Shown piece by piece: positions 36,469 to 37,266 of a DNA stretch of 37,266 nt (position 1 is the stretch's first letter; each line of letters begins with the position of its first letter). The notes under the pieces were generated by a model. The model saw only the letters and a list, made by a program, of their open reading frames with translations. It had not been told where the DNA came from and made no database searches. This DNA is from an uncultured Candidatus Saccharibacteria bacterium (GTDB taxonomy: Bacteria > Patescibacteriota > Saccharimonadia > Saccharimonadales > Saccharimonadaceae): contig CAZENS010000007.1 of NCBI GenBank assembly GCA_964513905.1, forward strand, positions 1-37,266. Direction: 5' to 3'. The position numbers and the translations under genes were made by a program.

Positions 36469-36474
36469 ATTATA
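36469..36474 (-). promoter_or_regulatory. -10 box TATAAT (context GTGTATAAT) on the minus strand; leaderless configuration
   Basis: The reverse complement of 36469-36474 is TATAAT, followed by AAACTGT and then the ATG. Confidence 0.45.
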
Positions 36475-36505
36475 CACTTCGCTAGCAAAATGCAGCATAA
36501 GCAGT

Positions 36506-36511
36506 TATACT
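36506..36511 (+). promoter_or_regulatory. -10 box TATACT; leaderless configuration
   Basis: The ATG at 36519 lies 7 nt after the box. Confidence 0.45.
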
Positions 36512-36518
36512 AGTGCAT

Positions 36519-37076
36519 ATGAATTCGCGGCTAAAAATTGCGATAGGAGCAGGGATTGCAATCATTGTACTTTTGTACGCAGGCTTGTTATTACAGAGTG
36601 ATTCAAAAAAAGTAGAACCCGAAAGTAGAACAGAGCTAACAACAAGTACCACCGAAACCACCGACTCAAAGGCAAACGAAACTAAAGAGAAAACTAGTAC
36701 TGCAGGTGAGCAGGGGGGTGATGCAGAAAGCGCAACTTCATCATCAAGCTCGAATAGCGCAAAAGGTGCCGCAGTTAAGACACTAGAAACTGAATTATTC
36801 AAAAAGACCAAGGGGAAACGGATTATCTTCTTTTATGATAAAAACGTACCAACAAACAAAAAAACGTATGATTTTATTAAGGCTAATCTTAATAACTTCT
36901 CGAAAGATGCAACATTTTTTGTAGCAGACTACAACAAGAACAAGGAGCTCCGAGAACATTACGGGATAACAAGGCCAGGAGTTATGATCGCCTTTACAGC
37001 AGACGGTGATATTACAGGTCTTTACGGGGCTGAAGAGCCAAGCTTAGAGGCTATCAAGTCGTCGCTCGGTGTATAA
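36519..37076 (+). CDS. Membrane-anchored thioredoxin-fold protein lacking the CxxC active site
   Basis: An N-terminal TM anchor and an S/T/E-rich linker, then 'RIIFFYDKNVPTNKKTY...ATFFVADYNKNKELREHYGITRPGVMIAF'. This matches the thioredoxin layout including the cis-Pro position, but the protein contains no cysteine. The alternative GTG start is at 36513. Confidence 0.5.
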   Translation: MNSRLKIAIGAGIAIIVLLYAGLLLQSDSKKVEPESRTELTTSTTETTDSKANETKEKTSTAGEQGGDAESATSSSSSNSAKGAAVKTLETELFKKTKGKRIIFFYDKNVPTNKKTYDFIKANLNNFSKDATFFVADYNKNKELREHYGITRPGVMIAFTADGDITGLYGAEEPSLEAIKSSLGV

Positions 37077-37115
37077 CCACCTGTGGTGTCGTTATTTTGA
37101 AAACAACTAGTTCTT

Positions 37116-37124
37116 TGCTATAAT
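37116..37124 (+). promoter_or_regulatory. Extended -10 (TGCTATAAT) upstream of tRNA-Gln
   Basis: TGnTATAAT lies 20 nt before the mature tRNA 5' end. Confidence 0.45.
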
Positions 37125-37144
37125 TATTAACGCACATAAAACAA

Positions 37145-37219
37145 TGGGATGTCGCCAAGTGGTAAGGCACCGGGTTCTGGTCCCGGCATTCGGGGGTTCG
37201 AATCCCTCCATCCCAGCCA
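37145..37219 (+). tRNA. tRNA-Gln (anticodon CUG), CCA end encoded
   Basis: Cloverleaf folded by hand. Acceptor stem TGGGATG/CATCCCA. D arm GCC-AAGTGGTAA-GGC. Anticodon stem CCGGG/CCCGG with loop TTCTGGT. T arm GGGGG-TTCGAAT-CCCTC. Discriminator G followed by CCA. The architecture is the same as E. coli tRNA-Gln. Confidence 0.95.
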
Positions 37220-37266
37220 AGTAGAAAAAATTTCGCCAGAGAGAGCTAAACTCGAATTATTAGGCT

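Noticed and set aside
37145-37266. tRNA-Gln as an integration hotspot marking a genomic island
   Set aside because: The window ends 47 nt after the tRNA. There is no direct repeat of the tRNA 3' end and no integrase in view, so this cannot be assessed.

Overview
This is a dense, almost fully coding 37.3-kb window with about 38 protein genes and one tRNA-Gln. I saw no rRNA, CRISPR array, transposase, integrase or phage genes. The largest non-coding gap is about 330 nt.

Content:
- Information processing and nucleotide metabolism: secE-nusG, rplK, rplA, rplJ-rplL, a dTTP module (thyA, folA, dcd, tmk), dnaX-dnaB, ybaB-recR-nrnA-cysS, tgt and greA.
- Envelope and transport: a GT2 and a GT-C-like glycosyltransferase, a secreted LysM-Rpf muralytic protein, an AI-2E transporter, an ABC-2 exporter, two histidine-kinase systems, two P-type ATPases and a DUF389 protein.

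TAA, TAG and TGA all terminate clearly homologous genes, so the standard bacterial code applies. Tight packing, broken-up conserved operons and the gene repertoire suggest a small-genome, Gram-positive-like lineage, possibly CPR/Saccharibacteria-like. That is inference only and I cannot verify it here. All family calls come from reading motifs by eye, not from searches.

I found no convincing novel multi-gene system. The signals most worth a second look are:
1. A recurrent leaderless-gene architecture, with a -10 box 6-9 nt before the start codon. It also corrects several over-extended ORF starts.
2. An actinobacterial-type LysM-Rpf gene wedged antisense between rplK and rplA, with an operator-like inverted repeat in its promoter.
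3. Ribosomal protein L1 carrying a ~98-aa N-terminal extension with a HeH-like motif.
4. Three in-frame A AAA AAG heptamers, each with a nearby -1 frame stop, at the core/C-terminal-domain boundary of dnaX.
5. RecR lacking three of its four zinc-finger cysteines.
6. An archaemetzincin-like protease where rpoB normally follows rplL.
7. An ASCH gene broken by a single TAA.
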